In this document: positions 10,822 to 21,704 of the stretch, piece by piece | Position numbering within the stretch: position 1 is the stretch's first letter | How the letters are laid out: each line of letters begins with the position of its first letter | Virus record (IMG/VR): IMGVR_UViG_2541047699_000005 | Origin: a virus | Lineage: Duplodnaviria > Heunggongvirae > Uroviricota > Caudoviricetes | Strand: one strand, 5' to 3' | DNA: 28,826 nucleotides | The notes under the pieces: generated by a model | Databases searched by the model: none | Seen by the model: only the letters and a program-made list of their open reading frames with translations | Told to the model about the DNA's origin: nothing | Translations under genes and position numbers: made by a program

Positions 10822-11166
10822 TCAGGCTATTACCTGAAATTCAAGCGTGGCTCTGCTCAGACGGGAGTCAGGATCATACCCCTGCGTTTTAGAAATAACG
10901 GAGGGTGCCAGTTTCCTTACTGCATCAAGCGCCTGCTCACGAATATCATCTGCGTCATCAGGTACTGTCGCCCAGACATCGATCTGCACGGTAATTCTGG
11001 ATTCAGCCTGCCCATCAAGCACATCAGATGCCGTGTCAGACACCACAGAAAACACCAGCCACGGCGGAGATACCGCAGGCTTTCCCTCCGTCAGCGGGAC
11101 CACATAAGGATAAACCTGTCCTCCGGCCAGCTGAGACAACAGGGAATACAGTGTGCCCTCCCTCAT
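10822..11166 (-). CDS. Tail completion / tail terminator-like protein (lambda gpU position)
   Basis: 114-aa ORF in the conserved position directly upstream of the major tail gene; family assigned by synteny only. Confidence 0.55.
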   Translation of the reverse strand: MREGTLYSLLSQLAGGQVYPYVVPLTEGKPAVSPPWLVFSVVSDTASDVLDGQAESRITVQIDVWATVPDDADDIREQALDAVRKLAPSVISKTQGYDPDSRLSRATLEFQVIA

Positions 11167-11612
11167 TTACTTAAGACCTCATCAATAGCCTGATTCATTC
11201 GCTGTATGGCAACCTGCGCCGCCAGCTCCTCTGTCGTATCGAAAGCCGGGCGAATGAATGGATGCGCGGGCATGTTTATCGTTCCCAGCTCCACAAAGCG
11301 CCAGTAAAATGCATTTCGGGGATCGCTGGCTTTCATGCTGTTATCACTGTTTCCGGTTCGCAGGTTCCGTCCGCGAATGTGGACACCCGAGATAATTTCC
11401 CCCCGACGCTTTGAACGCTGAGTGAGAACAACCACATTTTTCTTCAGTTTCCCGGTTCGCTCCGGCGCACGTTCAACAACTGCATCCCGCATAACTTCAG
11501 CACCGGCACGGGTGGCATCGCGCAGAACCTTATTGTTTTCTGCCCTGCTGAGCGTCTCCAGATCCCGTGCAATATCCGCCAGGCCGGAAAAATCAAGACT
11601 GAAATCCATCAC
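11163..11612 (-). CDS. HK97 gp10-like tail-component protein (lambda gpZ position)
   Basis: 149-aa ORF whose stop overlaps the next start by 4 bp; synteny with HK97-type head-tail joining genes. Confidence 0.55.
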   Translation of the reverse strand: MMDFSLDFSGLADIARDLETLSRAENNKVLRDATRAGAEVMRDAVVERAPERTGKLKKNVVVLTQRSKRRGEIISGVHIRGRNLRTGNSDNSMKASDPRNAFYWRFVELGTINMPAHPFIRPAFDTTEELAAQVAIQRMNQAIDEVLSK

Positions 11613-11947
11613 ACATTCCCCTTCAGGCTGCAGAGTATTTCAAGCCGGGTAGCGCGTGCATCCGGTATTGGTGGACCTTCTATACCCAGAATGGCCCCTT
11701 TAAATGCACCGGTCAGCACTTTCAGACGTGAAGTCGCTGTCACATCGCGCCGGAATCTCATCCAGACTCTGACCGTAGCCTGAGCGGTTTCTGCTCCGCC
11801 TGAGATTATCTCCCTCCCGCTGATACCCTTAACTTCTGCCCATACGGTAGCTCCCTCCGTCACCGTCTCCACCGGATGCCCTGACGGAGAGCGGGCGGTG
11901 GTGACATTCAGAATAATTACGCGATCACGTAATCTGCCCGCCTGCAT
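11609..11947 (-). CDS. Head closure / head-tail adaptor protein
   Basis: 112-aa ORF between the connector-like gene and the gp10-like gene; assignment by synteny. Confidence 0.55.
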   Translation of the reverse strand: MQAGRLRDRVIILNVTTARSPSGHPVETVTEGATVWAEVKGISGREIISGGAETAQATVRVWMRFRRDVTATSRLKVLTGAFKGAILGIEGPPIPDARATRLEILCSLKGNV

Positions 11948-11955
11948 GTCTCCTC

Positions 11956-12273
11956 CTACAAAGGAATAAAACGATAAGGCTCCAGCAGAGAAGAAAAACC
12001 AAACGGGACTGGTGCCTTGCTGACATCTGAGGAATTTTCCCGGTTTTCGTACCAGTGCCCGACCAGCAACATGAGCGCCAGCAAAACATCATCAGCTATA
12101 AGCACCCCTTCAGGATCACCTTCCGGCACCGTCTCCTCATAAAGCTTACGGTTGATAAAATTTTCTGCCTTGCGGCAGGCAGCCCGGAAATACAGCATCA
12201 GTAACTCATCATCAGTTGCATCATCTGTATCAATACGGCACTGCGCCCTGAGTTTTTCCACTATTGCTGCCAT
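11956..12273 (-). CDS. Head-tail connector (gp6-like) protein
   Basis: The ORF-track frame is open to 12453 but overlaps the capsid gene. Start placed at the internal ATG 12273 (MAAIVEKLRAQ...) preceded by GCAGGAG and located after the capsid terminator. Confidence 0.6.
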   Translation of the reverse strand: MAAIVEKLRAQCRIDTDDATDDELLMLYFRAACRKAENFINRKLYEETVPEGDPEGVLIADDVLLALMLLVGHWYENRENSSDVSKAPVPFGFSSLLEPYRFIPL

Positions 12274-12306
12274 CAGAAACTCCTGCCCGCAACACTGTGC
12301 GGGCAT

Positions 12307-12328
12307 AAAAAAACCGCGTCGGCGCGGT
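12307..12328 (-). terminator. Intrinsic terminator downstream of the major capsid gene
   Basis: Minus-strand RNA accgcg-CCGA-cgcggu followed by seven U, about 20 nt after the capsid stop (12350). Confidence 0.55.
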
Positions 12329-12349
12329 CTGTAACTGAACAACGAGTGG

Positions 12350-13567
12350 TTATTTGCCAGTGAGCGCCTTGATGGCTGCCACATCTTCCAGCACACAGTC
12401 AAAACGATGGAAAGCCAGAAATGCCACCTGATCAAACTCAGCATAACGCTCAACCAGACGTTTCAGTTCCATATAAGTAACGCGGCGAATGATAAAGCGG
12501 TTGAAATCCCCCAGGAAAATGAATTTTTTTCCGGTACCAATCCCGTCAATAGCCTGATCAATAACATAAGGGATCCCCAGCACAGTAGCCGGCGTACCGC
12601 CTGCAATATCCGGCAGCCATAACGGGCGTTTCTGCCCATCCTCCATCTCTTCAATAGTCTGCAATGTGGCATCATTGAATGCCCAGCGGTATTTCGGCCC
12701 ACCACGATATGCCGGATCAATGGCATGTTTCAGGGCATTCATTTCTTTCCAGGTGAAAGCGGCAGAGGCTGCAGTCTGGATGGTTCCCGTCACCGACGCT
12801 GCCAGCCCTTTTGGCTGTAACGGTGATCCCGTTCCGGTCCCCTGAACCAGATATTTTGCCTCTCCACGACCAATACGCTGGGCAATACGGTTTGCCAGAT
12901 AAGATTCAATATCCACCCCACTGTCCTGGAGCAGCTCATTGGACACACGAATTATTTTTGATGACAGCTTTTTAGCCCCCAGAATAGCGGTCCCGAACGT
13001 CACATCCTGTTCCGTTGCGGCTGTATTTTCCGCCAGCAGTTCGCCCTCTTCAGTCGTGCCATCAGACGTTGACCAGGTGATATCCTGCCCGGTTGATGTG
13101 GTCAGAAGTTGCGCCACACTGGCAATCCCGCCATAAGCCTTCATGGTGTCAATGATTTTGTTACGCATCTGCGTGGGCACCGTATATCCGCCCTGAGAAT
13201 CCGTTGTTACACTCTGAGCCCGCAGTTCACGCATCAGATTACGCTCTTCAGCATTCAGTTCTGCAAATCCGGCACGCAGAAAACGGTTAAATGCCGCAGC
13301 GCGCTTCTCTTCCACCGCCTTTTTCCCGTTCTCCGCCTCATTATTCTGGCGCTCTTCCGGCCCGGACTCATCCACATATGCCTGATCCTGACGGCGCAAC
13401 TCTTCTTCACGGGCGATTTGCTCATCCAGCGCATCCAGCTCAGCTTTCGCCCTGTTCCACTCTGCCCGTTGCTCATCAGTCCATGCGTTATCACCAATTT
13501 TTTCATGCAGTGCACGCATATCCTTTGCAATGGTGTTTCGTTTTTGCTTCATCTCATGAAGTTTCAT
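12350..13567 (-). CDS. Major capsid protein, HK97 type, with N-terminal delta (scaffolding) domain
   Basis: 405-aa ORF. The first ~110 residues are a charged coiled coil (delta-domain-like) followed by a capsid-fold region. No separate scaffold gene is present, and the gene follows a prohead protease. Confidence 0.9.
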   Translation of the reverse strand: MKLHEMKQKRNTIAKDMRALHEKIGDNAWTDEQRAEWNRAKAELDALDEQIAREEELRRQDQAYVDESGPEERQNNEAENGKKAVEEKRAAAFNRFLRAGFAELNAEERNLMRELRAQSVTTDSQGGYTVPTQMRNKIIDTMKAYGGIASVAQLLTTSTGQDITWSTSDGTTEEGELLAENTAATEQDVTFGTAILGAKKLSSKIIRVSNELLQDSGVDIESYLANRIAQRIGRGEAKYLVQGTGTGSPLQPKGLAASVTGTIQTAASAAFTWKEMNALKHAIDPAYRGGPKYRWAFNDATLQTIEEMEDGQKRPLWLPDIAGGTPATVLGIPYVIDQAIDGIGTGKKFIFLGDFNRFIIRRVTYMELKRLVERYAEFDQVAFLAFHRFDCVLEDVAAIKALTGK

Positions 13568-13581
13568 CGTCAGTAGTATCC

Positions 13582-14181
13582 TTATGCATTAAGAAGGGTC
13601 AAAAGACGCTCACGCGCCATTCGTTCGTTAACAGCTTTCTTCAGCGCACCACTCGCCCGCGCTTCCTGCCAGGCTTTCATTGAGCGGACACCAGAGTCTG
13701 CGTCCTGATAGGCCGGATATGTCACCGGGCTGACGTCATACAGACGAGAAATGCGCGTGATTTCCCGGATAACAATCCCCTCGTCGTCTTCATACCAGCT
13801 CTCTCCGTCACGGGCGACACGAAACGCGAACGAGGACTGATTAATGTCACCACGCAACATTGGAGACAGCACCAGGTCACAAATAGTCGGAGTATCCGGT
13901 GCAACAATGTCATAACGTAAACCGCGTTCATCCACCGACAATGACAACGTGCCGGCAGAACTTCGTCCGAGAATGAAATTAGGATCATGATTAAACAAGC
14001 CACGTACATCATCATTCAGTACATCATCAAAAGCCCCCGGCTTGATGATTTCACGAAATCCCCACAGAGGTTCTGAACGACTGTTAAATACCGAGCCATA
14101 CCCCAGAATGTGGGTCGGGGCATTATCATATTGTTCCGCCCGCACCTCCCCGCTGTAACAGCGCGTTTCACGGTCATTCAT
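13582..14181 (-). CDS. Prohead maturation protease (HK97 gp4 family)
   Basis: 199-aa ORF between portal and capsid; the size and position are those of an HK97-type protease, with an 8-bp overlap with the portal gene. Confidence 0.8.
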   Translation of the reverse strand: MNDRETRCYSGEVRAEQYDNAPTHILGYGSVFNSRSEPLWGFREIIKPGAFDDVLNDDVRGLFNHDPNFILGRSSAGTLSLSVDERGLRYDIVAPDTPTICDLVLSPMLRGDINQSSFAFRVARDGESWYEDDEGIVIREITRISRLYDVSPVTYPAYQDADSGVRSMKAWQEARASGALKKAVNERMARERLLTLLNA

Positions 14182-15400
14182 CGTTCTTTTCCTCTTTGCC
14201 TTTCGTATCTTTAAAGTTATTCAACGGATTTGCTGCATTTACGCTGACCAGCATTTCATCCAGACCGTCAACCGGGTTCATATCCTCAAATGCCCTGGCT
14301 TCATTCCGACTCATCCAGCCATCTGTAATGGCAAAGTGATAGAACTGCGCACGCTCCTGTGGGGTCCCACGGAGCAACCCCGTGAGGTTGAAACGAACGT
14401 AATACCCGGCAGCCCGTTCTGTACGGGTAAACAGGCGACGGTTAAGCTCCTGCTCCCAGTTCGCAACCCAGGGCATCATCGTGTAGCGAACAAACTGAAT
14501 CGCCTGCTGCGTAATATTCGAAAATGTGGCTTTTTCCAGGTCATTAATCATGTGCGCCGGGACATTAAAAATCCCGGCAATCATCGACCGGTTCAGCTTG
14601 GTCATATCAATGATCTGAGCATCCACCGGAGAAACTGTCAGAGCGCGGTAATCCAGTTGCGCAGGCAGCAACATGGTTTTATTTTCCTGGCTGCGAAGCG
14701 CTGTCACCGCCCGCTGCCACATATTTTTAAGCCTGCCCCAGCTTTGTTCGTTCAGTTCATTTTTCACAGAAATAATACCGGCAGGACGGGCATTACCGTT
14801 AAAAAAGGCGCTGGTATACTGCTGGCCACTCATTCCCATACCAATGGTTTCAGCATGCTGCATGATCGGGCTCAGTCCCATTTTCTGATTGTTTCCCAGC
14901 GCCCTGATATGGATCATGTCGTCCGGACTTACCGCAAATGCACCCTCTTCGTTATACACCCCGTAAGTATGACGCCCACCGGTGTTAAGTAACGTGGTTT
15001 CCCATGGCATACAGCATTCAAGGCTGGTAACCTCTCCACGACGATTACGTTTTACCCACGTATAACCATTGCCCCACCCCAGCACATGACGCTGCTTCAG
15101 TTCCCGCCACTTATAGCTGGTCTGCCAGGCATTAGGTTCATCATGAACGAGCCAGAACAACGGATGATCGCGTGCCGGCTGAACATGCTCATTCGTTTTT
15201 CGCATCACATGCAGGGGCATCTGAGCCACACTGGATGAAATAACATAAATACAGGCATAGACAGCAGCCAGCTTCATGGATGTTTCCGGACTGACATACA
15301 CATCCCGGGCAAAAATATTATCCGTCTCAGCGGCCTCTCCGGTTACCGGAACCGAGGGATTTTCCAGAGGCTCACTGCGAAACAGAGCATCAAGAAGCAT
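14174..15400 (-). CDS. Portal protein (HK97 family)
   Basis: 408-aa ORF downstream of the large terminase, with GAGGAG SD before the ATG at 15400. Confidence 0.85.
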   Translation of the reverse strand: MLLDALFRSEPLENPSVPVTGEAAETDNIFARDVYVSPETSMKLAAVYACIYVISSSVAQMPLHVMRKTNEHVQPARDHPLFWLVHDEPNAWQTSYKWRELKQRHVLGWGNGYTWVKRNRRGEVTSLECCMPWETTLLNTGGRHTYGVYNEEGAFAVSPDDMIHIRALGNNQKMGLSPIMQHAETIGMGMSGQQYTSAFFNGNARPAGIISVKNELNEQSWGRLKNMWQRAVTALRSQENKTMLLPAQLDYRALTVSPVDAQIIDMTKLNRSMIAGIFNVPAHMINDLEKATFSNITQQAIQFVRYTMMPWVANWEQELNRRLFTRTERAAGYYVRFNLTGLLRGTPQERAQFYHFAITDGWMSRNEARAFEDMNPVDGLDEMLVSVNAANPLNNFKDTKGKEEKNDE

Positions 15401-15513
15401 GTTTTCTCCTCATGGACACCACCAGTGCATAAAGCAGCAACTGAAGTGGTTTACTGAATTTGGCCACCTGAACAGAGGTGATATGCTCACCTCAGAACAA
15501 CACAGGTGCCATA

Positions 15514-16661
<1,148 letters not shown>

Positions 16662-16800
16662 CTCGGTGGCCAGTTTTTGTTGACCACTTCAAACAAACAG
16701 CCCGACAGCATCAGAGACGCTGGCAGACCTGCATACAGATAAACGCCAGCAGTGAGCAAACCGAAACCGATCAGCCCGGTCATATCAGTAATAAGCTGTT

Positions 16801-18558
16801 TCACAGAATTAACAGGTCCTCATCAGGATCAAGCGTGGACAGAAAGTCATTCACGCCCCCTCCATTTACCAGAAAGCGGCTCATGGCTGTAAAAAGCGCA
16901 ACAGGGCCGTCGATTTTGGCTTCCGGCGTGGATTTATTCGGGAAGATGTTGTCGTTTTTGTCCGGTTTTACAGTAACGTTAGACATCATCCAGTTCATGA
17001 CCGGATGATTGCTGTGATGGAAACGCCCGGCATAAACCAGTGATTCCGTTTCCTTCATGGCCTCTGACAGATTGCGGACCGTCTGCGGAACCTCCACCAG
17101 CGGTATCCCTTCTTCAGCCAGTGCCAGGCTGAACTGCATTGCGCTCCACGGGTCAAATCCCAGTTCCCTGAGGTTTTCACCGCCAATCCATTCCAGTAAG
17201 TCACTTTTTATCTGAGCATGATCGATAACATCACCATCCGTCAGGATGAGCTTATCCATCTCCGCCCACTTCCGGTAAAGTTCTGCCTGCTGCCGCGAGC
17301 ATCGTTCCAGCCGTCCTTCCGGAAGCCAGAATTTAAAATCAGCATGAACATGTCCGTTATCGGTTCGCCAGAGTTTTGCCGCCGCACAGATATCAATCTT
17401 ATGAGCAAGGTCGACGCCGACCCACATGGGATATGTTTTCAGCTCATGTTGTGGAGCAATGTATTCGCACTTCTCCCACTTAATCATATCCATCCAGGCA
17501 GATTCGGCAGTGACCCACACATTCATGTGTTTGGTAAAAAAATTCACCCGCGCAGAGACCTGCTCCTTCGCTTTTTTCGCCAGACGACGCAGATCATCCC
17601 AGCGTTTACAGATGCCCAGGCCAGGATTCGCTTTCTGCCAGACCGTTTCATCAAACGGATCATCTCCCTCATCAAGCGTGTAAATGATCGCAAAGTAAGA
17701 GTCGTCTTTTACAGCGCCCTCCACGTCGCTGTTATAGCCTCGCAATACCTTGATGGCGTAATCACGCTGCTCGTAACAAATCCCTTCCTTGTTAAAGCCA
17801 GCCGTGGTGATACCAAATAACAGGGACTGCAGACGGGCACCGGTTGCCGTTTCCAGAACGTCCCACACGTCGCGGGTTTTATGTGCATGCAGCTCATCAA
17901 TAATGGCGCAGTGGATGTTCAGACCGTCCAGGTTGTTTGCATCCGAGGAAAGCGGTTCAAATTTTGATGCGCTCTGCTCCTGGTAAATCGCCAGCTTGTT
18001 GAAATCAAACAACCGCCCGAGTGTCGACCGGGCTTTTCTGACCATATTTTTGGCGTCTTCAAACACGATTCTGGCCTGGTCACGCGTGGTTGCGGCTGAA
18101 TACACCTCAGCTCCGCCTTCACTATCTGCCCCCGTCATATACAGGCCGATACCCGATGACAGTGTTGATTTTGCGTTTTTACGGGCGACTTCGTTGTACG
18201 CCGTCCGGAACCGGCGCACCATCACCGGACGTCCGCTGCCATCGCTGCGCATGACAACTTCCCCGGTTTCTTCATTGACCAGCGGAATGACAAAACCAAA
18301 AATATTAATGAGGATAAATACATGCCAGTCCATCAACTCAATGGGCTGGCCTGCCAGTACCCCTTTTACATGAGGCACAAATTTGTAGAAATTCAGGATG
18401 TGCTGCGCACGGGGTTCACTGAAATAAATCCCCCGCTTTTCGCCGTACTTCAGATCATCAAGAAAACGCTGGCAGGCCAGGCGGACAAATTCGCCAGCAA
18501 CAATTTCTCCTGCAACAACACGTTCGGCGTAGCGGATCCCGTCAGCCACTTTTGCCAT
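16801..18558 (-). CDS. Terminase large subunit
   Basis: 585-aa ORF with an N-terminal ATPase region and C-terminal nuclease-type region; its start overlaps the TerS stop (ATGA). Confidence 0.9.
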   Translation of the reverse strand: MAKVADGIRYAERVVAGEIVAGEFVRLACQRFLDDLKYGEKRGIYFSEPRAQHILNFYKFVPHVKGVLAGQPIELMDWHVFILINIFGFVIPLVNEETGEVVMRSDGSGRPVMVRRFRTAYNEVARKNAKSTLSSGIGLYMTGADSEGGAEVYSAATTRDQARIVFEDAKNMVRKARSTLGRLFDFNKLAIYQEQSASKFEPLSSDANNLDGLNIHCAIIDELHAHKTRDVWDVLETATGARLQSLLFGITTAGFNKEGICYEQRDYAIKVLRGYNSDVEGAVKDDSYFAIIYTLDEGDDPFDETVWQKANPGLGICKRWDDLRRLAKKAKEQVSARVNFFTKHMNVWVTAESAWMDMIKWEKCEYIAPQHELKTYPMWVGVDLAHKIDICAAAKLWRTDNGHVHADFKFWLPEGRLERCSRQQAELYRKWAEMDKLILTDGDVIDHAQIKSDLLEWIGGENLRELGFDPWSAMQFSLALAEEGIPLVEVPQTVRNLSEAMKETESLVYAGRFHHSNHPVMNWMMSNVTVKPDKNDNIFPNKSTPEAKIDGPVALFTAMSRFLVNGGGVNDFLSTLDPDEDLLIL

Positions 18559-19040
18559 CAGTCTCTCGCTTTTAAAAGCTCTGCCAGCGGATCAACATTA
18601 TCCGGTCCGGCGGTATTTACTTTTGCCCGGCTTGCCGGTGACATACCAAATTCTGCAAGCATCGCCCGGATCCGCTTCCAGGCATCCGCTTTCATCGCAG
18701 CAGCCGGGTGTGCCTTAATCAGCACATCACCGTTCTGCGTTTCCGAGCGGTAGGTGTACCCCTCAACATCGAGTGTTTCGCAGTGATGCCGGTATTCGGT
18801 ATAGGCTTCCACCAGTAGCTCAAGCGCACGCGCATCAAGCTGAGAAATGATCCCTTCCGCATTCAGCTCTTCCGCCATTCGCCTGAACCAGTACTTCCCC
18901 TGCGCCCCTAAATGTTGCGGAATTTTAGGGAGACCTTTTTCATCCTTTTTAGCGGTTTTTTTGAGGTCTTTAACTGGCCGCTTTGAGGGGTTGCCTCGTA
19001 TCAAATGCAGGCGTGGCGGGATTTTCGGGGGTCCAGACAT
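18558..19040 (-). CDS. Terminase small subunit (P27 family)
   Basis: 160-aa ORF (MSGPPKIPPRLHLIRGNPSKRP...) typical of P27-family small terminases that pair with an HNH endonuclease. Confidence 0.8.
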   Translation of the reverse strand: MSGPPKIPPRLHLIRGNPSKRPVKDLKKTAKKDEKGLPKIPQHLGAQGKYWFRRMAEELNAEGIISQLDARALELLVEAYTEYRHHCETLDVEGYTYRSETQNGDVLIKAHPAAAMKADAWKRIRAMLAEFGMSPASRAKVNTAGPDNVDPLAELLKARD

Positions 19041-19187
19041 AATCGGTTTTACCTATCAATCATTTGATCACATTCCAAAAAAAAGTTTTCGAACCTGCGG
19101 CGATGCGAGGAAAGGTCAGGCGGCGGTACTGAGCAGCCAGGGTTGCTGAGATTTGACCCGCCCCTCCCCTACAGATGGGAACTGTTA

Positions 19188-19538
19188 TCAATTGATGCGT
19201 TCGCGCGCTGTTTTTGCTTTATGACAGGGCCAGCACAGACTCTGCAGGTTACTGTCTGCATCTGTGCCACCATGAGCTTTCGGAATGATGTGGTCCACAG
19301 TTCTGGCTTCAACGGCTCTCCCATTGCGCAGGCAGTTCTGACACAGATGATTATCACGCTTCAGTATGCGCGCACGTATGGCATCCCATTTCGAGCCATA
19401 GCCACGCTGGTGGCGGCTCAGTCCGCGTTGATGCTGTACCCATCCTTCGCCACGATGTTTATCGCAGTAACCAGAACTGTCTGTGGTTGTACCTGCACAT
19501 CCACGCTTACGGCAGGCGCGTGGGATTAGTGCTGGCAT
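19188..19538 (-). CDS. HNH endonuclease (packaging-associated)
   Basis: 116-aa ORF with Cys-rich zinc-binding pairs and an HNH core (DHIIPKAHGGTDADSNLQSLCWPCH), adjacent to TerS as in HK97-like cos phages. Confidence 0.85.
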   Translation of the reverse strand: MPALIPRACRKRGCAGTTTDSSGYCDKHRGEGWVQHQRGLSRHQRGYGSKWDAIRARILKRDNHLCQNCLRNGRAVEARTVDHIIPKAHGGTDADSNLQSLCWPCHKAKTARERIN

Positions 19539-19676
19539 GTTTCGCCCTTATATAAATCAAAGGTGACCTGCATTGAGTATCTCCATGGAATAGATTTGCT
19601 GCTGATATGAGACAGATCAATAGACTTCATGAGCCAACGGGTGTAGATATTACTTTTTACTTCAGAGGGTTAACTC

Positions 19677-20216
19677 ATGGATATTAAAGATAAAATCAAT
19701 ACCATTTTGTTATGTGACATTGCCATCCACCTAGGTATCGAAACTGATATTGATCCACAGCTTGTTAAATATGCTGTGTCATCTGGTAATGATTGGGTTA
19801 TCAAGGCCGAATATTCACATTTGGATGTTGACGAACCAAGTAAAGAAGATCGTGATTTTGTTACTGCTGTCTTGAATATGTATCGCGGACTTTCCAATGC
19901 TTTCAGGAAACTTAGTGATGACGAGCAAAAAGAATTAGTCCGTGACCATCATCTAAAAATACATGATGGGGCAATTCAGCTCCCAGGTTTCGACGGTAAT
20001 AATGAATGCGATTACTTCAGTATCATTGAGGCATATCAGAAAATTGATCGCTTCCCCGAACAGAAACAGCCCATTGCCAATACTCATTCACGTACAGAAC
20101 ATCTCTATAACGCAATGCTTGATGAGTTTAAGAAAATTGACGCTGTAAATCGAAGCTGGGATTTATCGAAGGAAGAACTGGCATCCATTCTTTCCACAGC
20201 TCCACGCAGTTTCTAA
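19677..20216 (+). CDS. Moron gene on the opposite strand: 179-aa protein, possibly YfbU/UPF0304-like
   Basis: Only well-supported plus-strand gene in the phage backbone. AT-rich; GAGGG SD 7 nt before the ATG; followed by a hairpin terminator. Several blocks (MY..L, GFD, TH, LS..E..I) line up with E. coli YfbU as I recall it. Confidence 0.6.
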   Translation: MDIKDKINTILLCDIAIHLGIETDIDPQLVKYAVSSGNDWVIKAEYSHLDVDEPSKEDRDFVTAVLNMYRGLSNAFRKLSDDEQKELVRDHHLKIHDGAIQLPGFDGNNECDYFSIIEAYQKIDRFPEQKQPIANTHSRTEHLYNAMLDEFKKIDAVNRSWDLSKEELASILSTAPRSF

Positions 20217-20221
20217 GTGCT

Positions 20222-20488
20222 TTAGGCGGGTTTCCAACCCGCCTTATTATGCTCGTATATAGAGAAGGAAGCACCCAAATTAACCAGCGCGGATTTCTTT
20301 TCCTCAATACGGCTGTTAAGTTCAGCAACTGCATGCGGGCGTATGGCCTCAAGAAAAGCACTATATTGATAGGCAGACTGGATTGTCACACCAAGCCCTG
20401 CACCACTTTCCAGTATACCTTTCTGTCGCTGTAGCTCTTTCATCTCGTTATAGATGTAATGTGCGTTACTTAGGTTTTCTACGTTCAC
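20222..20488 (-). CDS. Hypothetical 88-aa protein (uncertain coding)
   Basis: ORF-track ORF with a GTG start and a weak, closely spaced SD; a possible -10 (GATAAT) lies upstream. It is convergent with the 179-aa gene. Confidence 0.3.
   Translation of the reverse strand: MNVENLSNAHYIYNEMKELQRQKGILESGAGLGVTIQSAYQYSAFLEAIRPHAVAELNSRIEEKKSALVNLGASFSIYEHNKAGWKPA
20225..20255. terminator. Palindromic hairpin with T-rich tail between convergent genes
   Basis: ggcgggtt-tcc-aacccgcc (20225-20243) followed by ttattat, starting 9 nt after the TAA of the 179-aa gene and overlapping the last codons of the minus-strand 88-aa ORF. Confidence 0.5.
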
Positions 20489-20643
20489 GCCCTAAGTTCT
20501 TCCTGCAGTTAGCCTGCACTGATTTGTTATGCGCCAATATGTCCCGCTTCGTCTGTTGCATTATCATAAGTAATAGCGTAGGTTGACACCTTGGCTCTCT
20601 TTCGCCACCGGCGAATCTTTAGCGGATTATCCTTGGCCGGTTT

Positions 20644-21126
20644 TTATCTGAGACATTGCTCACGAATGTATAGCTGTGCCCCTTCCAGTTGCTTCTGCAT
20701 CGTCATCAACCGTTCTCTGAGGGTGAAATAATCCCGTTCAGCGGTGTCTGCCAGTCTGGGGCTGGTTGCATTATCCACGCTGGTGGGTCCGGTGGCTTCA
20801 CGCACGGCTGCGGAGCAACTGGCATTGACCCGCAGGCGCTTACGACCAGCGGCAACATCAGCGCGCAGAGTTTCATTTTCAGCTTTCGCATTGGCTAATT
20901 CTCTCGAGTACTTTGCATCGAGCGCAGCAACATCACGCTGACGCTGTTGCATGTCAGCGATGGTGGCAGTCGCCTGCTTCAGCTCACTGACTTTTTTATC
21001 ACGCTGTTCTTTGTAGGCGATGGCGTTATCACGGTAATGATTGACCGCCCACGACAGGCAGACGATGGTGCAGATAACCAGAGTATAAATAATCGCTGCG
21101 ACTCTGCTCACTGATCTATCCCCCAA
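20644..21126 (-). CDS. Rz: Rz i-spanin
   Basis: 160-aa ORF with an N-terminal transmembrane segment followed by coiled coil, directly downstream of the endolysin, with Rz1 embedded. Confidence 0.85.
   Translation of the reverse strand: MGDRSVSRVAAIIYTLVICTIVCLSWAVNHYRDNAIAYKEQRDKKVSELKQATATIADMQQRQRDVAALDAKYSRELANAKAENETLRADVAAGRKRLRVNASCSAAVREATGPTSVDNATSPRLADTAERDYFTLRERLMTMQKQLEGAQLYIREQCLR
20706..20891 (-). CDS. Rz1: Rz1 o-spanin lipoprotein embedded in Rz in the +1 frame
   Basis: 61-aa ORF with a signal peptide, lipobox (VVSAC) and a proline-rich mature region, wholly inside Rz in a different frame. Confidence 0.8.
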   Translation of the reverse strand: MRKLKMKLCALMLPLVVSACGSMPVAPQPCVKPPDPPAWIMQPAPDWQTPLNGIISPSENG

Positions 21127-21641
21127 CAGGCTAATGCGCTTTCCTGGTCACGACGAATAACCTGTCCATAGCAGTTATTTGAACGTATGCGGCAATCGCG
21201 CCCACCATCTTTTATCCACCAGCGAATCGCCTCGCATGCGCCCTTACGATCACCGGCATTCAGCCGCTTATAAAACGTCGACGGGAAACACTTACCGGGG
21301 CCAATGTTATAGGGACAGAATGACGCTATACCCGCTTTCTGTGGTTCGGTCAGTGGTACTTTAATATTGCGCTCTACCCATGCCAGCGCCTTATCACGTT
21401 CAATAGCGTTAACCTGGTCGCATTTTTCCTTCGACAGCTTCATTCCCGGTATGACGGGCTTACCATCCACCATTGTGGCACCCCGACAGATGGTCCAGAT
21501 GCCGGCCCCATCGCGGTATGCCGTTGTGTGGTTACCTTCTTTTTCATCCAGAAACTGGTCGAGAATATCAGGCGCGGGCGCACCGACGGCAATCAGTGCC
21601 AGAACGGCAGCCGACAGGCCGTATCTGATTTTTGCGTTCAT
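21108..21641 (-). CDS. R: SAR endolysin (T4-lysozyme-like muramidase with N-terminal signal-anchor-release domain)
   Basis: 177-aa ORF with a weakly hydrophobic Gly/Ala-rich N-terminal segment, then the E-x8-D-x5-T catalytic triad spacing ([16 protein letters not shown]). Confidence 0.85.
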   Translation of the reverse strand: MNAKIRYGLSAAVLALIAVGAPAPDILDQFLDEKEGNHTTAYRDGAGIWTICRGATMVDGKPVIPGMKLSKEKCDQVNAIERDKALAWVERNIKVPLTEPQKAGIASFCPYNIGPGKCFPSTFYKRLNAGDRKGACEAIRWWIKDGGRDCRIRSNNCYGQVIRRDQESALACWGIDQ

Positions 21642-21704
21642 GGATATTTATCAGGATTTATCGGTTTCTGCCCACGGACAGGTTTATCTGTTCCGGTCAG
21701 TGAC

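Noticed and set aside
14336-14992. 218-aa plus-strand ORF inside the portal gene, and 17218..17820 / 17996..18373 inside terL
   Set aside because: Antisense to essential conserved genes with no independent signals.
19041-19187. cos site between the HNH endonuclease and TerS
   Set aside because: It is expected here for HNH/P27-type packaging modules, but I could not identify a defined cohesive-end sequence by eye, so it is not reported as a feature.
19143-19529. 128-aa plus-strand ORF overlapping the HNH endonuclease gene
   Set aside because: Antisense shadow of a gene with a clear HNH motif.
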